DNA from: Dehalococcoidia bacterium
Lineage (GTDB): Bacteria; Chloroflexota; Dehalococcoidia; Bin125
NCBI GenBank assembly: GCA_965243125.1
Contig: OZ251529.1
Location: 1,346,492-1,410,491, forward strand
Direction of reading: 5' to 3'
DNA length: 64,000 bases
In this document: positions 20,520-29,479 of the stretch, in pieces
Layout of the letters: the number at the start of each line of letters is the position of its first letter
Position numbering within the stretch: the stretch's first letter is position 1
Made by a program: the position numbers and the translations under genes
The notes under the pieces: model-generated
Seen by the model: only the letters and a program-made list of their open reading frames with translations
Databases searched by the model: none
Told to the model about the DNA's origin: nothing

Positions 20520-21455
20520 ATGCGCCATCTCCGCCTCGCCTTGGCCTCCCTGCTCTTCACCGCCCTCGCCGTAGCTTGCGCGGACCCCACCGCACCGACG
20601 CCTGTCGGACCGACAGACGACGAGCCGTCCGTTGAGCGTCCGGCACAGCCGCCCCCGATGTCGCCTGTCATAGAGGAGCCCGCAGAACAAGAGCAGACGG
20701 CGACGCTGGCCGACATCACACCGCCGAACCCCTCCCGGCACGGCGATGTCTACATCGATGGCTCTACCGCTTACTACACCGGAGTGATCACCGAGTGGTC
20801 CGCGCACCGGCTGTTCGAGCTCGCAGCCGAAACAGATGCGCCTGTCGACACGCTCGTGATCAATTCGTCGGGCGGCTCTACCACTACCGGCCGCCAGCTC
20901 GGCCAATGGGTGCGCGACCAGGGAATCACCGTCGTAGTCGATGAGTTCTGCTTCTCCTCCTGTGCCAACTACATCTTCACCGCCGCCCCGAAAAAGATCA
21001 TCCGCGACGGCGCATACGTCGGCTGGCACGGCTCTGAACAGACTTGGCAGTACGTTCATCCCACCGGTGAATGCGTCGCGCCGGGAGATCGGGTCACGGC
21101 TCCGCCCGAGCCAGGCGGATACTGGATCGGCTCGGACGGCAGGATGATTCGACAAGAGTCCGACGTGATCGACGAGGCGACTCTGTTAGCCTCGGTAGGC
21201 GTCATGGTCGACGCACTGCTCTACGGAATCATGCCCGAACGGTGCGAGAGCTACCTAAGCATGGGGGCGGCCGGCGAGGTGGCCGGCTGGACGTTCAGCA
21301 TTGACGACATGGCCAGCTTCGGCATCAACAACGTCGTCTATGAAGGCGATGGCGAATACCCTCAACCGCCGCCGCCCGATCGCCATGTCTTCGTTCCACT
21401 CGTCGTCTACGATCTCGGTGGCGCGCCGCCGCGCATTCTGAAAGCCACCGAATGA
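20520..21455 (+). CDS. ClpP/crotonase-fold lipoprotein (COG3904-like), paralogue 1
   Basis: Lipobox LAVAC; LVINSSGG, CFSSCANYIF, VGWHG. Confidence 0.75.
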   Translation: MRHLRLALASLLFTALAVACADPTAPTPVGPTDDEPSVERPAQPPPMSPVIEEPAEQEQTATLADITPPNPSRHGDVYIDGSTAYYTGVITEWSAHRLFELAAETDAPVDTLVINSSGGSTTTGRQLGQWVRDQGITVVVDEFCFSSCANYIFTAAPKKIIRDGAYVGWHGSEQTWQYVHPTGECVAPGDRVTAPPEPGGYWIGSDGRMIRQESDVIDEATLLASVGVMVDALLYGIMPERCESYLSMGAAGEVAGWTFSIDDMASFGINNVVYEGDGEYPQPPPPDRHVFVPLVVYDLGGAPPRILKATE

Positions 21456-22297
21456 TCCGCGTCGTCGCCCTTTTCCCGTTGCTGCTCCTCGCCATCCTCG
21501 CCGCAGCCTGCACCGATCCAATCCCCGAAGCGCCGCCCGAACTGATCAGCGCGCCGCTCGAGGGCCAACCCGAAGAAACGATCGAAGATCGTATCCGCGC
21601 GTTGGATACGGAACGCGCCGAGATCAGCATCGAGGGATCCGCCGTCTACTACACCGGTGTGATCAACATCGGTTCCGCACACAATTTCCTCAGCATCGTG
21701 CGCGACGCCGAAACCGAGATCGACACCCTGATCATCAACTCCGGCGGCGGCGTCACCACCTCCGCCCGCCGCATCGGACGCTGGATCCACGAACATGGCG
21801 TCACCGTCATCGTCGCGCACCTCTGCTTCTCCTCCTGCGCCAACTACATCTTCACCGCCGCCCCAAAGAAAATCATCCGCGACGGCGCATACGTCGGCTG
21901 GCACGGCTCCGAGCAGCAGCATCGCTACGTCACTCCGCTAATCGTCGTGAACGGCGAAATCACCGAGCGCGGCGGTTGCCGAACCGATGAGGAAATCTCC
22001 ATGATCGGACCCGGCCTCGACACCGCCGATGAAGAAGCGTTCCTCGAGCAGATCGGCGTATCTGCCGACGCCCTCCTTTACGGCCTGATGCCCGAACGCT
22101 GCGAGCACTACACCTCCGCCGGCGTCGCCGGCTGGAGCTTCAGCATCCAGCACATGGCCCAATTCGGCATCGACAACGTCACCTACGAAGGCGACGAATA
22201 CCCCGCCCCCCATCACTCCGGCCTGCCGCCCATCATCCTCTACGACCTCGACGACGGCCCCCACCGCCTCTTCGGTGCCCAGCCCGTTGACCGCTAG
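21452..22297 (+). CDS. ClpP/crotonase-fold lipoprotein, paralogue 2
   Basis: Lipobox LAAAC; LIINSGGG, CFSSCANYIF, VGWHG; ATGA overlap with paralogue 1. Confidence 0.75.
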   Translation: MIRVVALFPLLLLAILAAACTDPIPEAPPELISAPLEGQPEETIEDRIRALDTERAEISIEGSAVYYTGVINIGSAHNFLSIVRDAETEIDTLIINSGGGVTTSARRIGRWIHEHGVTVIVAHLCFSSCANYIFTAAPKKIIRDGAYVGWHGSEQQHRYVTPLIVVNGEITERGGCRTDEEISMIGPGLDTADEEAFLEQIGVSADALLYGLMPERCEHYTSAGVAGWSFSIQHMAQFGIDNVTYEGDEYPAPHHSGLPPIILYDLDDGPHRLFGAQPVDR

Positions 22298-22346
22298 GGC
22301 ATCATCTTCGCAATTCCGCTCTGGCCATACCAGCGCAAAAGAGCTC

Positions 22347-22694
22347 CGTCATACCCGCGCTTGCCGCGGGTATCTCGCCGAGCGCAGCACAAATCCCCGC
22401 ACAACCTCCCCCCACCATTCCCGCCCCCATCTCTCCACCATTCCCCGCCCCCATCTCTCCGTCATTCCCGCCCCCGAGCGGGAATCTACCCCGAACGGCC
22501 TTCGAAGCCCCTACGTACTCCCAACGCCCGCACCCAGGATCCGTCGCCCCAGACTTGATCTGGGGCCCAAACCCAACCTTGTTCGCCGCGCAAGAGCCGC
22601 GGGTCGCCCGCCAACGCCCGTTCGCAGGTCGTCTCGATACGCCGGTGCTGCCGACAGCCGCCGCATAGGTTCCCGCTCGGAGGCGGGAATGACG
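22347..22694. repeat. Composite REP cluster: family A (22347-22390), family B (22460-22486 and inverted 22668-22694), and cgtcgccccagacttgatctggggcc (22542-22569)
   Basis: Direct sequence matches to copies elsewhere in the window; lies between convergent genes. Confidence 0.85.
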
Positions 22695-22742
22695 GAGAAG
22701 GAGGGCATGCATGAACACATCCTGGCCGCCTCCCCCCCCCCC

Positions 22743-23939
22743 TCAAATCACCTCGTCATCCCGCAGCCGCGTAATCTCCTCCCAGCCGTAACCCAACTCC
22801 AGCAGCACCTCCTCCGTGTGCTGCCCTAGCTCCGGCGCTGGCCCCCGCGGCTCGATCCGCGCATCCGACATCTCAATCGGCGCGCCCACCACTGGCAGCT
22901 CGCCCAACGACGGATGCTCCACCGTCTGGATGTACCCGTTAGCCCGCGCCTGCTCGCTCCCCACCACATCCGCGTAGCCATGCACCGGCGCGACCAGAAT
23001 GTCCGCTGACTCCAGCACATCGAGCCATTCCTGCGTCGAACGCCGAGCAAAAATCTCGTCCAGCGCCGCCCGCAGCGGCTCCGCGTGCTCCACCAGCCCC
23101 TCCAGCGTCGTAAAACGCTCATCCGCGCCCAACTCCGGCGCGCCGAGCAAATCGCAGAACTCCGCCCACCGATCCGGCAGCACTCCCGCCAAACTCAGAT
23201 GCCCGTCCGCCGTCGGAAACACGCCCCACGTGCCCACCTGAATCAACGTGTGCCCGCGCCCCGCGCTCGGCGGCGGCGCGCCCGTCAGCGCGTGATGCGT
23301 GATCTCCCACGCCTGCATCGCAATCACCGTCCCGTACAGCGACAGATCCACCTGCTGCCCCTCGCCCGTTACGTCGCGGTAGCGCAGCGCCGCCAGAATC
23401 GCCAGCGCCTCGACCATCCCCGCCGTGTGATCTGCCACCGCCGCGCCCGCCGGATGCGGCTCCGACGCGCTCCCCGTCACGCTCACGATCCCGCCCATCG
23501 ACTGCCCCAGAATGTCCCGCCCCGGACGCTCCGCCCACGGCCCCCGCGCGCCGAACGCCGACGCCGTCACGAAAACGATGTCCGGCTTCGTCTCCTGCAG
23601 CTGCCGATAGCCGAAGCCCAACCGCTCCAGCACGTTCGGCCGCCAGTTGTTCACCACCACATCACTCGTCGCCGCGATCTCATGCACGATCCGCACCGCC
23701 TCCGGCCGCTTCAGATCGAGCGTCACGCTCTTCTTGCCTCGGTTATGCACCGTGAAGTACGGACTCAACCCCTGTAGCTCCGGATTGGGCGCGACCGCGC
23801 CGCGTGAGAGCTCGCCCGTCTCTCGCCGCTCGATCTTGATCACCTCCGCGCCCATATCCGCTAGGATCGCCGTCCCCCACGGACCCTGAATCTCCTGCGT
23901 GAAATCGAGGATCCGCACGCCCTCCATAATCTCAGGCAT
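22743..23939 (-). CDS. CoA-transferase family III (CaiB/BaiF)
   Basis: GVRILDFTQ, LADMGAEVIKIE, NRGKKSVTLDLK, APELGQHTEEVL. Confidence 0.93.
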   Translation of the reverse strand: MPEIMEGVRILDFTQEIQGPWGTAILADMGAEVIKIERRETGELSRGAVAPNPELQGLSPYFTVHNRGKKSVTLDLKRPEAVRIVHEIAATSDVVVNNWRPNVLERLGFGYRQLQETKPDIVFVTASAFGARGPWAERPGRDILGQSMGGIVSVTGSASEPHPAGAAVADHTAGMVEALAILAALRYRDVTGEGQQVDLSLYGTVIAMQAWEITHHALTGAPPPSAGRGHTLIQVGTWGVFPTADGHLSLAGVLPDRWAEFCDLLGAPELGADERFTTLEGLVEHAEPLRAALDEIFARRSTQEWLDVLESADILVAPVHGYADVVGSEQARANGYIQTVEHPSLGELPVVGAPIEMSDARIEPRGPAPELGQHTEEVLLELGYGWEEITRLRDDEVI

Positions 23940-23980
23940 CGCCGTTCCTCCCTCGCCGCCCGGCCTGCTGCGCGCGTCCG

Positions 23981-24928
23981 CTAGAACGTGATCACGAACC
24001 GCCCCCGCGTGCCGCCCTGCTTCAGCCGACGGTGCGTCTCCGACGCCTGCTCGGCCGGATACGTCGCCGCCACCCGCAGCGTCACCGCCCCCTCCTCCAC
24101 CTGCTCTCGCAGGCGATCCAGCAGATCCGCCCGCCGGTCGTACTCGAACACCCAGGTCACGTGAAACTGAATGTCGCGCTCGCCGTTGCCCCGCCAGCCG
24201 CGCACGCTGGCGAACCCGCCGCCGTCCCGCACCGCGCCCACCGCCAACTCGTTCTGCACCGCCCCGTCCGCCAGCGCGTCCACCCCCTCCGGCATCACCT
24301 GCCGAATCTGATCCGAAATGTCGTCGCCGCGCGGCACCACGATGTCCGCGCCCAGTTCCGACACCAGCTGCTCATCCTTCTCCGAGGCGTCGCCGATCAC
24401 CCGCAGCCCGTCCGCCTTGGCCAGCTGCACCATGTAGCCGCCGTAGCAGCCCGCCGCGCCTGTCACCGCAAGCGTCTGACCCGGCGACAACGCCAGCTGA
24501 TCCAGCGAGAGCCGCGCCGTCAGCGCGTTCATCGGCAGCGTCGACGCTTCCGCGTGGCTCGCCCCCGCCGGCGCGCGGCAGACCGCGTCCGCCTGCAGCA
24601 CGATGCTCTCGCGGTACGCCCCGTGCGACCCGCTCGGAATCACCATCGCCATCACCGCGTCGCCCACCGCCAAGTCCGTCTCCGTCCCCTCCCCAACCTC
24701 GTCCACCACGCCCGCTGCGTCCATCCCCGGGATATAAGGCGGCGGCCCCGACGCTCGCAGCGCGTCCGCCCGCGCGCCCGCGCGCACGAACGTGTCCGTC
24801 GGATTCACCGTCGCCGCATACACCCGCAACCGCACCTCGCCCGGCCCCGCATGCGCCTCCGGCAGCTCCACCACCTCCAACGCATCCGGCCCGCCGAACT
24901 CCATCACGCCCACGCCGCGCATAGCCAT
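23981..24928 (-). CDS. NADP-dependent oxidoreductase (MDR/quinone reductase-like)
   Basis: FGGPDALEV, VNPTD, IPGMDAAGVV, VTGAAGCYGG. Confidence 0.9.
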   Translation of the reverse strand: MAMRGVGVMEFGGPDALEVVELPEAHAGPGEVRLRVYAATVNPTDTFVRAGARADALRASGPPPYIPGMDAAGVVDEVGEGTETDLAVGDAVMAMVIPSGSHGAYRESIVLQADAVCRAPAGASHAEASTLPMNALTARLSLDQLALSPGQTLAVTGAAGCYGGYMVQLAKADGLRVIGDASEKDEQLVSELGADIVVPRGDDISDQIRQVMPEGVDALADGAVQNELAVGAVRDGGGFASVRGWRGNGERDIQFHVTWVFEYDRRADLLDRLREQVEEGAVTLRVAATYPAEQASETHRRLKQGGTRGRFVITF

Positions 24929-25022
24929 CCTCCTCGTAATGCCCCGCGCCGGACGCCCGCCGCCGGCGCTCCACGCAGACTAAACCGAGCTACACTAATG
25001 GTGAGTGCGAAAGGGCCGCACA

Positions 25023-25590
25023 ATGCGCCGCGCACCATCACTTCGTCCGCTGTTCGCCGCCGTCGCGCTGCTCTTCCTCGCGCTGATCGTCGCCTGCGCC
25101 AACTACATCTTCACCGCCGCCCCGCGCAAAATCATCCGCAGCGGCGCAATCGTCGGCTGGCACGGCTCTGAGCAGTCGCATGTGTACATCGCTCAAGCCC
25201 GCGGACTGACCATTCGGGAATTGATCGACGATCTGGTTGAGCAGAATCTCGACCAGGCCATAAAAGACGAAGAAGCCGCCGGCGGCGAGGCGCGCCCCGA
25301 GCTAATGCGCGCGACTCCACAGCTCATTTACCGCGCTGTTTTACGACACCAGAGCCGAGCAGGCGTTCCTTGATCTGATCGGCGTCCCGGTCGATGCGCT
25401 CGTCTACGGCTTCATGCCCGGCCGCTACGACCGCACCGTCGCGGCCCCCGTAGACGGCTGGACATTCACCCTCGAAGGCATGGCCAGGCTCGGCATCGAC
25501 AACGTCGCCTACGAAGGTCCCGGCGAATACGCCCGCGACCTCCGCAGCCCCGCCCGCCCCGTGATCGTCTACGACGTGCCGCCGAGCTAA
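25023..25590 (+). pseudogene. ClpP-fold lipoprotein paralogue 3, internally deleted and frameshifted
   Basis: Signal peptide LIVAC joins directly to ANYIFTAAP; the C-terminal part (RAEQAFLDLIGVPVDALVYG...VYDVPPS*) is in another frame after ~25350. Confidence 0.85.
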
Positions 25591-25664
25591 TCGCCGCACC
25601 CGCGCCGCACTCGCGGACGACGGCAGAAGCGCGTTTCTGCGAAACTTTGGACGGGGAGACAGCG

Positions 25665-26564
25665 ATGCACCGCACACTACACAGACCCCACTCTCGGTCC
25701 GCTCTGCTCGCCGCACTGCTGCTGCTCGCGATGGCCCTCGTCGCCTGCGCAGATCCGATTCCCACCGCGTCCCCTCGCCCCGCTCTCGTGATCCCGGAAG
25801 ACCCCGAAACCCGTGCGCGACGCCTCGCCACCGTGCTCCGCGACGACGCCAGGATTGCGATTGACGGCTCGGTCGCGCGCTTCGCGGGCGTGCTGAATCC
25901 GGCCTCAGTTGAGCGCTTCTTCCGCGAACTGGGACCTCGCCGAGATCAGATCGACACGCTGATCATCAACTCAGCTGGCGGCGTCACGACTTCAGGCCGC
26001 CGCATCGGCGACTGGGTGTATGAGCACGGCATCACGGTCGTCGTCAATCACTTGTGCTTCTCCTCCAGCGCGAACTACGTCTTCACTGCCGCGCCGCGCA
26101 AGATCATCCGCGCCGATGCCCTCGTCGGCTGGCACGGCTCCGACCAGCAGTACCAATACCTTGCCGAGAGCCGCGGCATCACGCTGGATGAACTCATCGA
26201 CGAAGAAGTCGAAGCGATGCTCGATCAGCGGGAACAGATCGAGGCCCGCGAGATCGAGGAAGACGAACGAGCCAGGATGCGGCCGTCAATGCGCGACACG
26301 ATGCGTCGAATAACTAGCGGCATTAGAGCCGAGCAGGAATTCCTCGACCGCATCGGCGTTTCCGTCGAAGCGTTGGTCTACGGCCAGATGCCCGGCCGCT
26401 ACGACCGCTGGGCGGCCTCAGGCGCCTACGGCTGGACATTCCGAATCGAAGACATGGCCAGATTCGGCATCGACAACGTGACCTACGTAGGCGAAGGCGA
26501 CTACCCAAGCAAGTTCGCCGATCCGCGCCGCCCCGTGATCGTCTTCAACGTGCCGCTCGATTGA
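25665..26564 (+). CDS. ClpP/crotonase-fold lipoprotein, paralogue 4
   Basis: Lipobox LVAC; LIINSAGG, CFSSSANYVF, VGWHG, GWTFRIEDMARFGIDNV. Confidence 0.75.
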   Translation: MHRTLHRPHSRSALLAALLLLAMALVACADPIPTASPRPALVIPEDPETRARRLATVLRDDARIAIDGSVARFAGVLNPASVERFFRELGPRRDQIDTLIINSAGGVTTSGRRIGDWVYEHGITVVVNHLCFSSSANYVFTAAPRKIIRADALVGWHGSDQQYQYLAESRGITLDELIDEEVEAMLDQREQIEAREIEEDERARMRPSMRDTMRRITSGIRAEQEFLDRIGVSVEALVYGQMPGRYDRWAASGAYGWTFRIEDMARFGIDNVTYVGEGDYPSKFADPRRPVIVFNVPLD

Positions 26565-26613
26565 TCCGCCGCTTGGGCCCAGTCCACACCCCCGTCATAC
26601 CCCCTCCACTCCC

Positions 26614-26657
26614 CGTCATACCCGCGCTTGCCGCGGGTATCTCGACGTAAACAGCAC
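26614..26657 (+). repeat. REP family A copy with one truncated upstream copy
   Basis: Core identical to the other family A copies. Confidence 0.9.
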
Positions 26658-26683
26658 CATCATCGCACTCACCACTCCCTCCC

Positions 26684-28312
26684 TCAGCCCCGCCGACCCA
26701 ACTCCGTATACGACTCAATCCCGTTCAAATCCCAGCCGAGTCCGGTCACGCCGGCGCGGCTCACGCCGTAGCTTGCGATGTAGAGCCCGGGCAGCACGCT
26801 GTACAGCTGCTCCGCGTGCAGATCCTGGATGCGCCCGTAGATCTCGCGCCGCTCTTCGCGGTCATAGCTACGGATCGCCTGATCGACGAGCGCCTCTAGC
26901 TCCGGAGTCGGTGCCGCGCCGAGGTTCCAGGCGCCGCTCTGCGTCAGCGCCAGCCGCGCCGTCGTGTCCGGCTCGCCGCGGTGCCCGCCGATCGCCAGCA
27001 GGTGCAGATCGCCCGGCTGCCCCAGATTCTTCCACGGCCGGACCGTCGCGTCCGTGACCGGCGCGATCACCGTGCGCACGCCCAACGCCCCCCAGTCCTC
27101 CGCCATCGCCGCTAGCCAGCGCCCCATCACCTCGTCGACTGGCGCGATCTCCAGCACGCGATCCTCTTCCGCCACGCCCGATCGCGCCATCAATTCCTGG
27201 GCCTTCGCACGGTCGTACTCCGTGGGATACCCCGCCGCAGGGCGGTAGGCCCACGACGCCGGAGTGAACAGCGACGCCGCCGGTTCAGCCCGTCCGCCGA
27301 AAAAGCGCTCGCTGATGCCCCGCTTGTCCCAGCCGTAGAGCAGCGCGCGGCGGAAATCGACGTTGTCGGCCGGCGGCAGCGCATGATTGACGTACCACGA
27401 AACATGCCCGTAGCCCGAGCGCGTCGATACCTCCAGATCGTCCGCCTCCAGCAGCTCATCGACCGCGCGATCTTCCGGCATGATCGCGAATTCCACATCG
27501 CCGTTCCGCACCGCCGCCGCCCGCTCGTCCGGATCCGCAATCGGTACCAGCGCGAACTCGTCCAACAGCGCATATCGCCCGCCGTCGGAGCGCCGCCGCC
27601 AGTACTGCTCAAACGCCTCGAGCCGCGTCGTCTCTCCCGCGATCCACCGACTCAGGCGGTATGGACCCGTGCCGACCGGCGAGGTCCGCAACGTCTCCGC
27701 GTCGTTCGCTTCCGCGTGGCTCGGCGACAGCATCAGCCCGCCGCGCTCCTGCAGATTCGTCAGCAGCGCCGCATTGGGGGCCGCCAGATCGAACCCCACC
27801 ATGCGCCGATCATGCACATCGATCCGCTCGATCTGCCCAAAGGCCGCCGCGTAGACCCCGCCGCCCGCCAGCGCCGGATCCACCGCCCGCGTCAGGTTGT
27901 AGCGCACCGCCTCGCCGTCGAACTCCGTCCCGTCGTGAAAGCGCACCCCCTCGCGCAGACGGAAGATGATCGTCGTCTCGTCGGCGAACTCGTGCCGCTC
28001 CGCCAGCGACGCGGCCTGATCGATCACCCCATCCGGCGCAGTCGCGATCAGCGGGTCGAAGATCATTCGCCACAGCCCCGACTGCTCAAGCGAGGTATGC
28101 GGATCCATCCCGAAGTTGCCGATCATCTCTTCGATCTGCGCGCCCCGGGCCCTACCGCCGCGCCGCGCAGTGGCGGCGCTCGGCTCGTCCTCGCCGCAGC
28201 CCACCAGCGCTAGCCCCGCCGCGCCGATGCCCGCTCGCGCCGCCCCGCGCAGCAGCGCTCGCCGGCTCAGCCGCGTGCGGTGCATCCGCTCCCAATAGCC
28301 CCTCGACGCCAT
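26684..28312 (-). CDS. ABC transporter substrate-binding protein, family 5 (Tat lipoprotein)
   Basis: YWERM..LSRRALL..LVGC leader, FRLREGVRFHDGT, PVGTGPY; the real gene is only the 3' part of the 1821-aa track ORF. Confidence 0.88.
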   Translation of the reverse strand: MASRGYWERMHRTRLSRRALLRGAARAGIGAAGLALVGCGEDEPSAATARRGGRARGAQIEEMIGNFGMDPHTSLEQSGLWRMIFDPLIATAPDGVIDQAASLAERHEFADETTIIFRLREGVRFHDGTEFDGEAVRYNLTRAVDPALAGGGVYAAAFGQIERIDVHDRRMVGFDLAAPNAALLTNLQERGGLMLSPSHAEANDAETLRTSPVGTGPYRLSRWIAGETTRLEAFEQYWRRRSDGGRYALLDEFALVPIADPDERAAAVRNGDVEFAIMPEDRAVDELLEADDLEVSTRSGYGHVSWYVNHALPPADNVDFRRALLYGWDKRGISERFFGGRAEPAASLFTPASWAYRPAAGYPTEYDRAKAQELMARSGVAEEDRVLEIAPVDEVMGRWLAAMAEDWGALGVRTVIAPVTDATVRPWKNLGQPGDLHLLAIGGHRGEPDTTARLALTQSGAWNLGAAPTPELEALVDQAIRSYDREERREIYGRIQDLHAEQLYSVLPGLYIASYGVSRAGVTGLGWDLNGIESYTELGRRG

Positions 28313-28405
28313 GCCGATCCCTCCCGATCGGGAACTGTGAACCGCAGCCCCTACCATTATCAGACGCGCGCCAAGTTGACCCGCTTCCCGAAAGGACCAT
28401 TGTCC

Positions 28406-29368
28406 GTGCCCAAGCTCATCCAGGCTGTGCCCGTCGAAGACGAACTCCACGACATCCTCGCCGCCGCCGGTGACGTGACCATCGTCCCGCCCGGAACCGA
28501 CCGCCCCGACTTCATCGCCGCCGCAACCGGCGCCGACGGGATCCTGCTCAACCCCCTGATCCGCGTCGACGACGAACTGCTCGCCGCCGCGCCCGACCTC
28601 AAGGTCGTCGCCACCACCTCCGTCGGCTACGACGCCTTCGATGTCGACCTGCTCACCGCCCACGGCGTCGCCCTCTGCAACACGCCCGGCGTGCTCAACG
28701 ACGCCGTCGCCGACCTCACCACCGCCTTCATGCTGATGCTCTCGCGCGGACTGATGGGCTTCGAGGCCTACAACCGCAGCGGCGCTTGGGGACGCCGCGA
28801 GCGCCAGCCCGCCCTCGCCCACGACCCGCAGGGCAAAACCTTCGGCGTGATCGGCTTCGGACGCATCGGCCGCGAAGTCGCCCGCCGCATGAATGCCTTC
28901 GGCATGCAGGTGCTCTGGTACGACATCTTCGACGACGCGCCCGCCGACGCCCCGTCCGCGCAGCGCCGCGAACTCGACGACCTCCTCCGCGAGTCCGACT
29001 TCGTCTCCGTCCACACAGACCTCAACGACAGCTCCCGCCACGTCATAAGCGAGCGCGAACTCAGCCTGATGAAGACCACCGCCTACCTGATCAACACCTC
29101 CCGCGGCGGCACCGTCGACCAGCGCGCCCTCCAAAGCGCCCTCGAAGCCGACCAAATCGCCGGCGCCGGCCTCGACGTGCTCGAACAGGAGCCGCCCCAG
29201 TCCGACGAGCCGATCGTCGCCCTCCCCAACGTGATCAGCTTCCCCCACATCGGCACCGCCACCGAGGAAACCCGCTACGCCATGCGCAAACTCGCCTGCC
29301 AAAACGTCGCCGCCGTCGTCGCCGGCCAAACTCCGCCCGCCATCATCAACCCCAGCGCCCTCGACTGA
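28406..29368 (+). CDS. D-glycerate/glyoxylate reductase-like 2-hydroxyacid dehydrogenase
   Basis: SVGYD, NTPGVL, GVIGFGRIG, INTSRG, GLDVLEQEP, PHIG; start (GTG) approximate. Confidence 0.9.
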   Translation: MPKLIQAVPVEDELHDILAAAGDVTIVPPGTDRPDFIAAATGADGILLNPLIRVDDELLAAAPDLKVVATTSVGYDAFDVDLLTAHGVALCNTPGVLNDAVADLTTAFMLMLSRGLMGFEAYNRSGAWGRRERQPALAHDPQGKTFGVIGFGRIGREVARRMNAFGMQVLWYDIFDDAPADAPSAQRRELDDLLRESDFVSVHTDLNDSSRHVISERELSLMKTTAYLINTSRGGTVDQRALQSALEADQIAGAGLDVLEQEPPQSDEPIVALPNVISFPHIGTATEETRYAMRKLACQNVAAVVAGQTPPAIINPSALD

Positions 29369-29479
29369 CGGACAGTGGCGGCCCTGCACAAGCGCCCGCG
29401 GATCCGTTAGGGTGCTTCGCATCCGCGTAGATTTCGCAGATGCGAGATAGAACGCGCAGCTGGAACGCGAGGGGCGATC

